From Lytechinus variegatus (lineage: Eukaryota): a DNA stretch of 64,000 nt. Below, piece by piece: positions 53,698 through 64,000 of the stretch. Below the pieces are notes generated by a model. The model searched no databases. It was given only the letters and a program-made list of their open reading frames with translations, and was not told where the DNA came from. Each line of letters starts with the position of its first letter. The first letter of the stretch is position 1. The translations under genes and the position numbers were made by a program. The DNA is taken from NCBI RefSeq assembly GCF_018143015.1, contig NC_054742.1:73641736-73705735 (forward strand). The letters are read 5' to 3'.

Positions 53698-54048
53698 CTC
53701 CGACACACAAAGCCATGTAGAATATTCGCTACAATTAAAATCGAGTAATAACCTAAGTTACATTTTTTGTATCTCGCATTATTAACTAAGCTTACAAGCG
53801 CTTATGCATTCAAAAAAGTTCATAATGAAAGAACGATGCTCTAGGTTCGTATAAGAGGTGAAATGTCTTGATAGATTTGGTTACATTTCCAGGCAAGCAT
53901 GCAGCTTTTTCGCCGGTCTTACACAATGTGTCTCCATGGGAATCAGTGAGGTTAGATAGACAGGACAGGAACCACTAATAGTTTCTCTCTAGTTATCACT
54001 AGAACATCACGATAGAGCAAAGTAAAGGTAGGAAACATGTTAATGTAA

Positions 54049-55925
54049 ATGCAATTTTACTCCCATAATTTTTTACACAAAAGACTTGGGTCCCATTTTA
54101 CAAAAACTTTACAATATAGTGACTTATCAGAGATCAAAGATCTGCAAGAGGACCTGGATAGACTAAATTATGGTCAGAGAAATGGCAGTTACCATTCAAT
54201 AGCATTAAATGTAAAGTTCTACACATCGGAAGGAATAATCCAGAAGCAAAATTTTATATGCTGGAACAAGAAGTGAAATCAGTAGCTAATGAAAAGGATC
54301 TTGGGGTAACAGTTGACAATCAATTGAAATTTCATCAGCATGTGGCTCTAGCTCTTAATAAGGCATATCAACTGCTTGGAATTATAAGAGAACTTTCACT
54401 CAACTAAACAAATCTACCTTGCCAATTCTCTTCAAGACATTAATTAGACCAAGGAGCTTCCAACAAGACTACATCTGGAATATGGGAGCTTCATCTGGAA
54501 TGGTAAATTTATAGAACATGCCAAGGTTGAGAGAGTACAGAGGCGAGTAACAAAACTAGTGAAGGATTTGAGAAACTTACCATATGAAAGGAGACTCAGG
54601 GAACTTAACATGTATGATGGGGTGTCCAAACTTCGCGCACTTTTCAAAAATATTCATCAGGCTTAATTTTGTCCACAAATTATTCATAATTTATACAAAA
54701 CCAATTCAAGAAATAATTACCACATTTACGGCAAGATCGTAAACTATAAAATCATGGACGAAAGTGTAAAGTAGTTCACGGGGTTTCGCCGGTATCGCGA
54801 TCTCAAAATTCTATTCCGATCGGCGAATGCAGGCTGTGCTGGAAAACCGTTCAGAAAAAGTGTGACCTAACTTCGCGCACCAAAGCTTTTGTGGAGATTT
54901 AAACAAAGAATCAAGTTCAAAAAGTGAAATATTTATATCAGATTGATGGCAAAATGCTATGGAATCGGTTAGTACCACATTTAACTCACATTTTTTATGA
55001 TTTCTGCTTGTGAAATGGTGATATCGTGATGCTTGTTGCTTTCTTCAAAACGGGCGCTAACGGTGACAAGTTTGCCGATCTTTTGCCAATATTTTCATGA
55101 ATACTGGACTAATCCTAAAGAAACTTTCAGCGAAGGGTAATTTTAGGTCGCTTTTCACATTGATGATGTCAGATTTTAAGGATATTGGCTAGTTTTGGAG
55201 ATAATGACCGTCCGCGAAGTTTGGACACGCGCGAAGTTTGGACTCACTGCCATACTGACTCTATTATAGAAAGAGGAGAGGAGATATGATAATGGTCCAC
55301 CAGATTATGCATGGATTGGTCAACATTTCTCCAGACCATTTCTTCTCCAAGTCTGGTAGTAACTCTACAAGAGGTCACTCCATGAAATTATTGAAATCCC
55401 ATAGCAAACTGGATGTGAGAAATAAGTCTTTCAGTAGAAGAGTAATCAATGACTTGAATAGTCTTCCTAAAAACCTAATACAAATGCCAACAACAGACAA
55501 ATTTAAAAGAAAGGAAATATGTATTGATATATTTTGGCAAAAAAAGCACTTTGAGCTTCCATGACTCCTCACGCAAGCTCATGAAGTAGTAGTTTTCAGT
55601 GACCAATCCTACAAGAAGCGACCGGGAGTTACAGGCTTGCGCCTTCATCCCATACCAGATGGTGATGATGAAGATGGATCCAATCAACTTTAGCTATATG
55701 GAAATCCATCTATACCATTTGCACAATGTCCTTTGTAAACAAAGAGAAGCACACTGAATTTTTAAGAAAACAACGAATGTATGAATATACATCATAGTTA
55801 GAAAAATATTTGAACGAACATGCATAATATATGATGATGATAGATTTTGACTGTGCTGGCTTTCCATAGTTGTGGTTGATTGGATCAATCGCAACTCTTT
55901 GTCAGACGGGACTCAGAGCTAAACC
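54049..55925 (+). mobile_element. 5'-truncated, decayed CR1/L2-type non-LTR retrotransposon 3' end: ORF2 C-terminal region plus 3' UTR. It is interrupted at 54621-55245.
   Basis: The frames give DLQEDLDRL...ALNVKFYTSEG, then EKDLGVTVDNQLKFHQHVALALNKAYQLLGIIRR, then ...ILFKTLIRP...VQRRVTKLVKDLRNLPYERRLRELN. After the interruption they continue KRRGDMIMVHQIMHGLVNISPDHFFSKSGSNSTRGHSMKL...SFSRRVINDLNSLPKNLIQMPTTDKFKRK. These are the usual conserved blocks of the CR1/L2 ORF2 tail. There are stops and frameshifts throughout. Confidence 0.6.
54621..55245. mobile_element. About 625 bp insertion bounded by inverted repeats (GTCCAAACTTCGCGCAC), sitting inside the LINE 3' end.
   Basis: GGGGTGTCCAAACTTCGCGCAC at 54621-54640, versus the reverse complement of GCGCGAAGTTTGGACTC at 55229-55245. 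An extra inner copy lies at 55211-55225 and a related motif at 54855. The LINE reading frame resumes after the insertion, with an imperfect duplicated LPY-ERRL / LPY-L segment of about 15-40 bp at the two junctions. Confidence 0.45.
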
Positions 55926-57139
55926 AGACTTCAGAATCCAGGCCCAAGAGTTTCTTTGGGACAGAATTTATGATTGCTTTCTTGACAAAAATAAACAGAG
56001 GACTGTAAATCATTTTCATGAAGAAAAAAATGAGAACAAAAGAAACTGAGGAATATACTTTATATCTTTTTCTTTAATGACATAAATTTACATAATGTAC
56101 TTACTGCAATATTATTTACATATTTTTTCAAATTATTTGTATGCTTATTATAAGCATTAGAATATTCTTACACTAACATTTCACCAACAGTTGGACATAC
56201 ATGTACTGGTTTAATTTTCAGATACATGTGACTTCATCTGTCACTATTCCTTCATCATGATTAATGATTTATATTTTTCTAATATGTCTATAACTAGATA
56301 TTTTGATAAGATTGTGTTAGCTCCAGGCTTTTCATGGCCTGAACATTCATTTAAGAATAATAAGCACAATGTTGAAGAGACACCAAAAATATTGCTGTTT
56401 ACTATAATGGTAATTTGTACAGGGTTATAATTTTCACAGATTTCGCAAGTCAAACCTTGCAAATAATAACTTCAATCATATGTATATCTAATAATAAGAG
56501 AAGGCTGGGTTCGCCACTCCCCCTTATGATTTTTCTCAAAACAAGCAAAGGAAACACGATGAGATATAAGACTGCATCAGACCCCCCCCCCCTAAAAAAA
56601 ATACTCGGAGCTACCCATGAATAAAAATAGAACATACATATCAGAAATTGCTAGATTTTTAAACTTTCATAAATTCCCCATCTATTACAAAATCATGGAA
56701 ACATATAATATGTATGTAAAACATATAGCTCATAACGTATATTACACAGAATTATGAGCATGAAGTTTTTATAAGTAGTGTGGATTTGGATGATTAACGG
56801 CAGCTTAACTGGTTCAGAACTTTTTTCATCTTGTTTGCTCTGGTGACAATTGCTCAGCTGTCAAGTCCAAAAATTTATGGAATGACCAACATCACCCCTG
56901 GATTTAACACTTTTCCCTGGCCTTAACCTAACCAAAAACCTTTAAAATAAAACCATCTTGCAACCATAATCCTATATCTTAGACACAAATAAAGCCTGGA
57001 GAAATTGTCAACGTAGCAAATAACCTATTGTGCAACAATAATTTAGACATAAACATGCGAAGTGAAGAGTTAGTCAAAAAAAATTTCAAGATTTTGGTGT
57101 CTAGCCCAAACAGATTTAACTTAGTGCTAGCATTTACCA

Positions 57140-57290
57140 TATGCCGACTACTGCAACACAAAGCTTAGCAATGATTGCAGAAGAAATTTTGATGATAGAT
57201 TGCATTGACTACAATGCAATATCAATCATGAAAATCGAGCATATGATCAATTGCTAATCTTTGTGTTATGAGACCCTGAATAGGTACGCC
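57140..57290 (+). repeat. Dispersed repeat family R3 (about 150 bp) with an internal palindrome (TTGCATTG-ACTA-CAATGCAA).
   Basis: Aligns with 62930-63080 (cacaaa.cttagcaatgat...attgactaca.tg.a..atcaatc.tgaaaatc.agc.ta.gatcaat.gctaa..tttgtgtta...accc). Confidence 0.5.
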
Positions 57291-59870
57291 CATTCCTTTC
57301 AGGCAGTTGGCAACTATTATCAAACATAAAGAAATATTTATTCAAGTCAAAGAAATTAATCCTTTTCAGATATCTTATTCAAATCAATCTGACGAAAACA
57401 AGATCCCTTTCTCTTATACTCAGAAACTATACGGGAATGTTGAGTATACATCAACACTACAAAGTTATAAAGAAAATGTAATACCACTTAATTTGAAAGT
57501 AATAAAGTCTTGATACAAAGATATACATACATATATTAACAAAATCCACAATCAATTAACCAATATCAAAATCTCATTCCCTTTCCAATACCATACAATA
57601 TGTACATAACTATCTATATATTTGAGACTATATTATTGTTGAAAAATTAAACACATAAAAGGCACAAGACACCAGTGTTTTCTGGAGGGTAGAGTTTTTT
57701 ATATATTCAAGGTAACCCCATTTCAGGCAATACGACGCATGAGCCATATATCCGTAGACTAGAAGTTCACCTCACTACTGGAAAATAAGCTCATTTAAGT
57801 ATGGTGTCCTTACACCATCTTGATTTTTCAGTCCCAGCAAAATGGGGTTAGCAGTGACATATATGCCATGCAAACTGAAAAGTTGTTCAATCCACCATGA
57901 ATTGACCCATGTCCCATCATAAATTTTTCGAGCATGTACCCTGCTATGGAAATCAAGTGGAGCGTGACTTTGACTTTTATCCAAAGCATCACTTTGAATC
58001 ACTTATATTTTCATATTTGCTAGTGTTACCTCAAGCATTACTTATATGGAACTCAAGTGGTGCGCAACATATAACTTTTGTCTGTCATACCCCATGGACT
58101 ATTCATATCATGTTCACATCTGCTCTTTTGAAATCGGCATGTGAGGGATTAATTCAGCTTACTTTGAATGTACTCAAAAGACAAACAAAGCCTCCCTATA
58201 AGTAAAAAAATCGGATGGAAAGAGCGTCCAAGATTGTACTTAAAGCATTCTCAGAATTAAGAAGTAGTCCTAATGTCAAGATATTAGAATGAGTTTGATA
58301 TTTACGTTATTTCCATACCTGCTTAATTTTTTTAAACCTCTGCATGTGAGTGATTGATTCAACTCCCTTTCAATATATTCAAAAGACAAACAAAACTTTC
58401 CAAAGTTAACCAAGTTGGACGGAATGGGCGTCCATGATCGGACTGTTCCCAAATTAAATGCACCAACGTCGAGACGTAATATTGATTTTCTTTTATCACA
58501 GCTTGTCTGTTTCTGTTCTAATCACTGTTGACCACAAGGTGGAACATCGATCGTTCCATCCATCTAGGAGATTAGCAAAAGAAGTTTTAATCTCAAGTTC
58601 ATTCATTTTTTTTTAGTACTCATTAACGTAAACTGATGTTTTATTTATTCCCAGCCATCTGCACTGTACATGTCCCTCTGTCGGCCACTGTAATTCCTCT
58701 TGAAATCGTCGTCAAACAGCTCCAAGTCATGCTCGTCTCTGATAACTCCCTAAAGGAAAACAGAGAAAAGACGTAGAACAATTACTTTCAAGGGTCAACA
58801 ACTTTTTTTTTCGTCCCAAAACACAAAGTATTCCAAGATTTATTGGTATACGAATATAGGCATACAAAGAAATTATATAGGAAATATTATAATAAATATA
58901 AAAAACAAATAGAAAAATATACATAGACAAAATGAATAAATGTGTTTGAATTTGGATCTTTAATGGGAAAAGCCTGATTTCTCTGATTGTGCCCTTGTAG
59001 ATTGCCCCCAAGCTTCTCTCATAATTGCGGTTGACTAGTAGCCACAAAATACCCCCCCCCTAGTAAAATGCATATGAAAGTTCAGAACCAGTCCAATTGT
59101 CTATGTTCCTATTCAATTTAGTCTTTTGACAATGCCTTGTATTAAAATGGAATTTATAATCCACATCGAGCAATCGCTGCTACCATGATAGTAGCCCTAA
59201 TGGCAACTGTACCATAGCTGCAAATCTTGATTGAAACAGGCCCCAGTTGTAAATAATTTTCACAATATTATTGGAAATCATTTTTAACAAAGCTCTGTTG
59301 TAAATCCATTCTGAGGCCCCATCAACATCAAGACCTGGGCCCAATTCACACAAGATTTACAATTGTATCTTTGCCATGAATGTATCTACCATTGGAAACC
59401 TTGATTGTGATTGGCTGTTGAGCACTGTTACCATGGTAGTTGCTGTAATGACTAAGTTACAAGTCGTAACTCTTTATGAAACTAGCGCCTGAGCATCAGT
59501 TTGTTTTAAAAAAGGCAATGACGTACTCCTGGATAGTGTTTTATCCACATTTGTTGTATTTGATTTTTATTGGCTAAGAGGCACTATTATTATGGTAAAT
59601 GCAAGACAAAACAGGACCTGTCAGAGAAAACTACTGACGAATCCTTTTTTATGAATAGCTCTCCAGGGTTTGTTTTACAAAGAGTTAAGTACGACTCAGA
59701 GTCATGTTTATACGCCAATGCACACATCATAAGTCAACATGTAGTATGATTGATGGATACGCGATAATGTGAATCCCATGTGTCATGTCCCATGTGACTT
59801 TCAAGTCACACTTGGATCTCTGTGAAACACCCCCTGGATGACATTGATGACTCCCTCAACATACAAGGTG

Positions 59871-60138
59871 GAGCTTACCTTTGGCAAGAATCCCAGGAGC
59901 TTGGATGCATGCTCCTTCAGGAGCCTCTGTCTCTCCTCCTCGATGATCTCCATGCGGAGCTTCTCCAGGTTCTCCGCCTCTTCGCGCTCCGCCCTCTCAC
60001 GCTCCTTGTCTGCCGCAAACTGAGCACGGCGGTCTCTGAGGAGCTCTTCCACCCGGCGCTTGTGCTCCTGCTGTTTCATGCGACGACGCTGAGCGTTCAT
60101 CTGCTCGATGCGGTCATCTTCCTCAAACTTAGCCAGCA
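59871..60138 (-). CDS. MNS1: Exon of an MNS1-like, TPH-domain coiled-coil protein gene. It is a penultimate or near-C-terminal exon ending ...EERQRLLKEHASKLLGFLPK.
   Basis: Open frame MLAKFEEDDRIEQMNAQRRRMKQQEHKRRVEELLRDRRAQFAADKERERAEREEAENLEKLRMEIIEEERQRLLKEHASKLLGFLPK. The acceptor is ttttttgttcag| at about 60139-60146. The donor is AAG|GTAAGC at 59865-59870. The DRIEQMNAQ...RRMKQ and KEHA.KLLG.LPK motifs match my recollection of MNS1. I could not run a search. Confidence 0.6.
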
Positions 60139-61343
60139 TCTGAACAAAAAACATAGTTTATAAGGTGTGATAGGTACAAAGAGATGCAGGATGTCAATGT
60201 TATTTCAACTTATACTTATCTTCTGTGAAAGCAATAGAGTAAACATTATTGTCTTGATTAATAGATTTAATAAATGATTGTGTACAGATGACAACATGGA
60301 TTAATTGTCTAAAATGGAATCCTTTAGAATGAGAATTTGACAAATAACTGGCAAAAATTTGAAGTCTGTGGCATGTATTTTTCTGGTGGTGAACAAAAGC
60401 ATAGACAATGAATGATACGAAATAAATAATGTTATTATCAAGTTATCTATAATTGAATACCACCGATTATGAAACATCACCAGGGCATGCATTGCATGAC
60501 ATTACGCCTGGGAATAAACTCGAACAAAGGATCCTTTAGATCAGTTTACCAACAATTGGCAACTGAATACTACTTTTTACACAAATCAAACGTTTACCAG
60601 ATTTTGATTACCGACTTGAGGCATTCAATTATCAAGAAGTACATAGCTCTATAATCTTTGATATTCATGCAGAAATCTAATGAGTCCCAAACATTGTAAC
60701 TCTTTCAAGATACGACAATGGTGGCCGCACTAGCGACTGTGCATTTTCCAACTGCGCTAATAATGCCATAGTCACTTCCAGGGCTTTATTTCAATGGGAT
60801 TTGCCGATAGCATGAACTGTCATGCAGCTCAGTTTTACATTTTCAAAAACTCAAGCGGAAGATGGTACTTGGAGTCATGCCATGATTTATTGAAAGAAAT
60901 AAAAGAATATAAAAATGCATATTCAATTTCTATTTCAAGTCAATAGTTTGAAAAGTTTCCAAAAACTCAAAGAGAGAGAAGGCATACAAACTCATGCCAA
61001 CATTCACCATCCCCCCAACCAAAAATTAATACATGTATATGCTTGGTGATGACTTTTTTTTACCAATTGCTAGAAAAAGCATGAATGATCGAAAGCAAGC
61101 AAGCAACCAGAGGACCAAAGGCTTAAGATCTTCTCCGATCAACCTGGTAATGAGGATAATTGGCTTACTTAAATGGCTAATCAAGTGGGAGTCATTCCCA
61201 GGTCCATTGAATCAAGGTCCCTGATATACCAACTGAGCTATTACCACCGAGTTATACACGCCTCTGTGTATTCAAGAACATGGATGTTTGAAAACTTGAT
61301 GCTAAGAAACTTGAATCGCGCAAGAGAGTAACTTTGACATTAC

Positions 61344-61574
61344 CTGTCGCTTGAACTCCTCCTCCTCTTCCAGCTCGGCCTGCCTCCGCATCCTCTTGAG
61401 CCGGAGCTGTTCCTGGTAGGTCTTCTGGAGCTCCAGCCTCTGGCGGATCTGCCTCTCGATCTCCGCCAGCTCCTTCTGACGCACTGCTTCCTCCTGCTCC
61501 TCGTGGTAGAGCTCATCCCGGACCCGCTGCATCTCCTCCTCCATGGCACGCTTCCTGGCAATCTCCTCGCTCAA
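61344..61574 (-). CDS. MNS1: Exon of the MNS1-like coiled-coil gene.
   Basis: Open frame LSEEIARKRAMEEEMQRVRDELYHEEQEEAVRQKELAEIERQIRQRLELQKTYQEQLRLKRMRRQAELEEEEEFKRQ. The acceptor is tcttctccttccgtcatgcag| at 61575-61595. The donor is CAG|GTAATG at 61338-61343. It is phase 0 at both ends, consistent with the 60138 exon. Confidence 0.6.
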
Positions 61575-62646
61575 CTGCATGACGGAAGGAGAAGATCAAT
61601 GTGAAATACATGACAAATGGTCATTGTGTGACATCTTTGGCCCCCTCAGTTGCCTATATCACTGTACTGTGCATATAACATTTGTGATAAAATATGTGAA
61701 ATGCCACATACTTTCTTATTCTACAGCAGACTTTGATAAAATTGAGTGCTATGCCTACATGTATGCAATTTATCTTTTAAACAATAGCAACATTTTGCTG
61801 AGATGGACAGACTTTACCTTGAAACATTAATTCAATGCCACCCAATATTGCACACCACTAAAAGGAGCTGATAAAACTTAAACCAGTTCATACATTGGCC
61901 CATATTCTATATTGATGTTTCAAATGAACCCTGGCTTAAAGTTGAGGTTTAAATATAGATAGCCAACTGGGGCACAAATCCCTAACAGTACACATCCAAT
62001 TTATTAATTTATTTGACACTAAAATTTTTAATAATTGTCTGGGATAACTGAAAGTATTTTTAAATATTTTTCTTTGTTATGAAGGCAAAAACAAACAAAA
62101 CAGTAAACATAAGAAATATACAATATAAACAGTATTTTAGCACATGACACTGGCACTGGTCCGATGGTCCTAGATCAGTAAAAATTGCTGTCGGGCCAGT
62201 AACTTTTCAGAAATAGCCAGATTTACTGGTCCGACATGACCAGTGAAAAATATATCAAACTGATACAAATGATATTTTCTCCTCTTTTGTGAATAAAAAA
62301 AATAGCTCTGTTATCTTAAAGAATGGCTCTCCAAAATTGAGAAATGGCGCTTGTGAAATATATTGTGTGAGTGTACTATTTTTTGCATGTTTTATTTATT
62401 TATTTTTTTTTTTTGGGGGGGACTATACAATTAAGACAGCAAAATGAACTCAAAGTCTTTTTTATGTTTTTCTTTCTCTTGGGGGCCAGTATATTTTAGG
62501 TTTGGACCAGTAAAAATGGAAAAACTGGGTATCTACTGGTCCGACATGAACTGGTTGGACCAGTAGAAAAAAAGGGTTAGTGTGGAGCCTTGCTTACAAA
62601 CAGCTTTATGAAATGCCCCCCCCCCCCAGGTGTTAATGGATGAACA

Positions 62647-62870
62647 GACTTACATTCTTTTGAACGGATGCCTTGGCCTCCTCCTGCAATCTCTTGTTCT
62701 CCATTCTGTCCTCTTCCCTTTGCTGCTGGAGTGTGGCAAACGCCAGGATCTCCATGTTCTCTCGCTCCATCTTCTGCTTCTCTATGTCCTTCCACTTCTG
62801 TCGGGCGACGGCATCCTCCTCGATGTAGCGCTTGGTGGCATGCTGCTTCTCAAGGTAGATTTCCCTCTCT
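62647..62870 (-). CDS. MNS1: Exon of the MNS1-like coiled-coil gene.
   Basis: Minus-strand frame (R)YREREIYLEKQHATKRYIEEDAVARQKWKDIEKQKMERENMEILAFATLQQQREEDRMENKRLQEEAKASVQKN, followed by the donor GTAAGT at 62641-62646. An upstream acceptor ccttaaccgatacag| lies at about 62871-62885. The in-frame TGA upstream means this frame is open only within the exon. Confidence 0.55.
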
Positions 62871-62929
62871 CTGTATCGGTTAAGGTTAGCAGAATGTCAG
62901 TGCTCATACGCCCCATAGCTCGTAAATAT

Positions 62930-63080
62930 GGAACCAGGGGTCCGTAACACAAATCTTAGCAATGATCGTAGAACATGTTTCTACGATTGATTCCATTGAC
63001 TACACTGTACAATCAATCGTGAAAATCAAGCGTACGATCAATCGCTAACTTTTGTGTTACGGAACCCAGGTGGGTGTTTC
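62930..63080 (+). repeat. R3 family copy, 60 bp upstream (on the gene strand) of the MNS1-like exon acceptor at 62870.
   Basis: See the partner at 57140-57290. Its internal palindrome is GATTGATT...AATCAATC. Confidence 0.5.
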
Positions 63081-64000
63081 ATAAAACTGTTTGTAACTTA
63101 CGAGCGACGTTACAAACGACTGGTGACCCTTTCGTAGAAATTTAAAACAACATGAAGGAAAATCTGGTGGACATCATCAAACACAAGAAAGGATCGCCGG
63201 TCAGTCATAAAGTCAATCGTAAGTAACAAACACATTTATGAAACCCATATCAGGGGAATGAAGAGGAAGGCACTCTCTGTAGGGGGTCTGGTAATGTGGA
63301 CTAATGAATAAATCATGAAGTCTACGGTTTCCAAAACCATGACAGTGCTGAAACAAAAAGGATCTGACTCCTCCTTGATTAGAAATTTGAACTGGTTCAG
63401 CCCATCCCCCCCTTAAAAAAATAGCACAAATAAATAAATTAATCTTCGGCGAGAATCATGAAAAGGCTAGTAGGAGATAGCTATAGGTACGTGTCCCCTG
63501 TAATGAAAGTTACATTATTATTCACATTTTCCTTGTTTACTCATTACATCTGCCATTCCAAAAAAAAGTAGATTAATGCCAGCATCAGAAATACACAAGG
63601 GCTATGGGCAAATTCACCTCAAAAAAATAAAACAGTCCTTATTGCCCTTAAAATTCCCCAAATCGCATACTCTTCAGAAATACCCCCTAAATCTGTCCCA
63701 AACAATATTAAGGAATATTAAAAACATTAGTATTCTACAAAAGGCAAAATAGTGGCTTGCCTTCTTTTTTTATTACTCTTAACTGTTAAATCTTCAACTT
63801 TTTAAGGAGAAAGTTTTTTGTTTATGTGTATTCTGACTCTAATACACACTTGAACTCAATAACGAGGCATGTCTGCTTGGCTTGGAGTTACATTCACAAC
63901 TGACTTTATTCTCTATACTAAACTACAATATATAGTTCAATGTACATAGTTACATAATATTCGGAGGAAGGCATATTGATAAGGAAAGTATAAACAGATG

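Noticed and set aside
59822-60163. Plus-strand ORFs antisense to the MNS1-like exons (59822-60163, 59838-60023, 62630-62947, 62668-62883, 61340-61561 in an alternate frame)
   Set aside because: These are mirror frames of a Glu/Arg/Lys-rich coiled-coil exon. The sense frame carries GT/AG boundaries and family motifs.

Overview
This window looks like AT-rich animal genomic DNA, not prokaryotic. Coding exons are short, GC-richer and flanked by GT/AG splice sites, and the rest is packed with transposon debris. There are many MITE-like TIR elements, a CR1/L2-type LINE 3' end, tRNA-derived SINE-like sequence and microsatellites, and G/C homopolymer runs of 9-14 nt are unusually frequent. I could not determine the species; it is probably a marine invertebrate, perhaps an echinoderm. 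I found no CRISPR array, operon or other prokaryote-style system.

Two protein-coding genes are supported, both on the minus strand.

(1) A gene of at least 16 kb spans 12613-28400. It starts at an ATG exon near 28400 and continues into a roughly 2.5 kb exon encoding a Ser/Pro/Arg/Glu-rich, probably disordered region. A 9.4 kb intron follows, then an internal exon at 14954-15705. The terminal exon at 12613-13620 encodes a protein-kinase-like C-lobe with a degenerate catalytic loop (SLKLDHLLL where a kinase has DLKPENLLL). That predicts a pseudokinase with a long disordered N-terminal part, an architecture like the PEAK/Pragmin pseudokinases; this is an unverified family guess. The large exon has three reading-frame discontinuities.

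(2) A gene resembling MNS1, with a TPH-domain coiled coil. Three exons are visible at 62647-62870, 61344-61574 and 59871-60138, each with clear splice sites.

The rest of the window is a mosaic of repeats:
- a 1 kb TIR transposon carrying a frameshifted Myb/SANT-like DNA-binding ORF (39231-40254);
- directly beside it, a MITE with poly-G/poly-C-capped TIRs and a clean 9-10 bp target-site duplication;
- a cluster of TIR elements sharing GGTATTCTGA termini (47.1-47.9 kb and 52.2-53.6 kb);
- a ~4.2 kb interval bounded by inverted repeats (49.5/53.7 kb) that contains a tRNA-Thr-like SINE head;
- a decayed LINE ORF2 C-terminus and tail (54.05-55.9 kb) split by an inverted-repeat insertion, with a second copy of its tail at 32.9-33.2 kb;
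- several unclassified dispersed repeat families present as two copies each.
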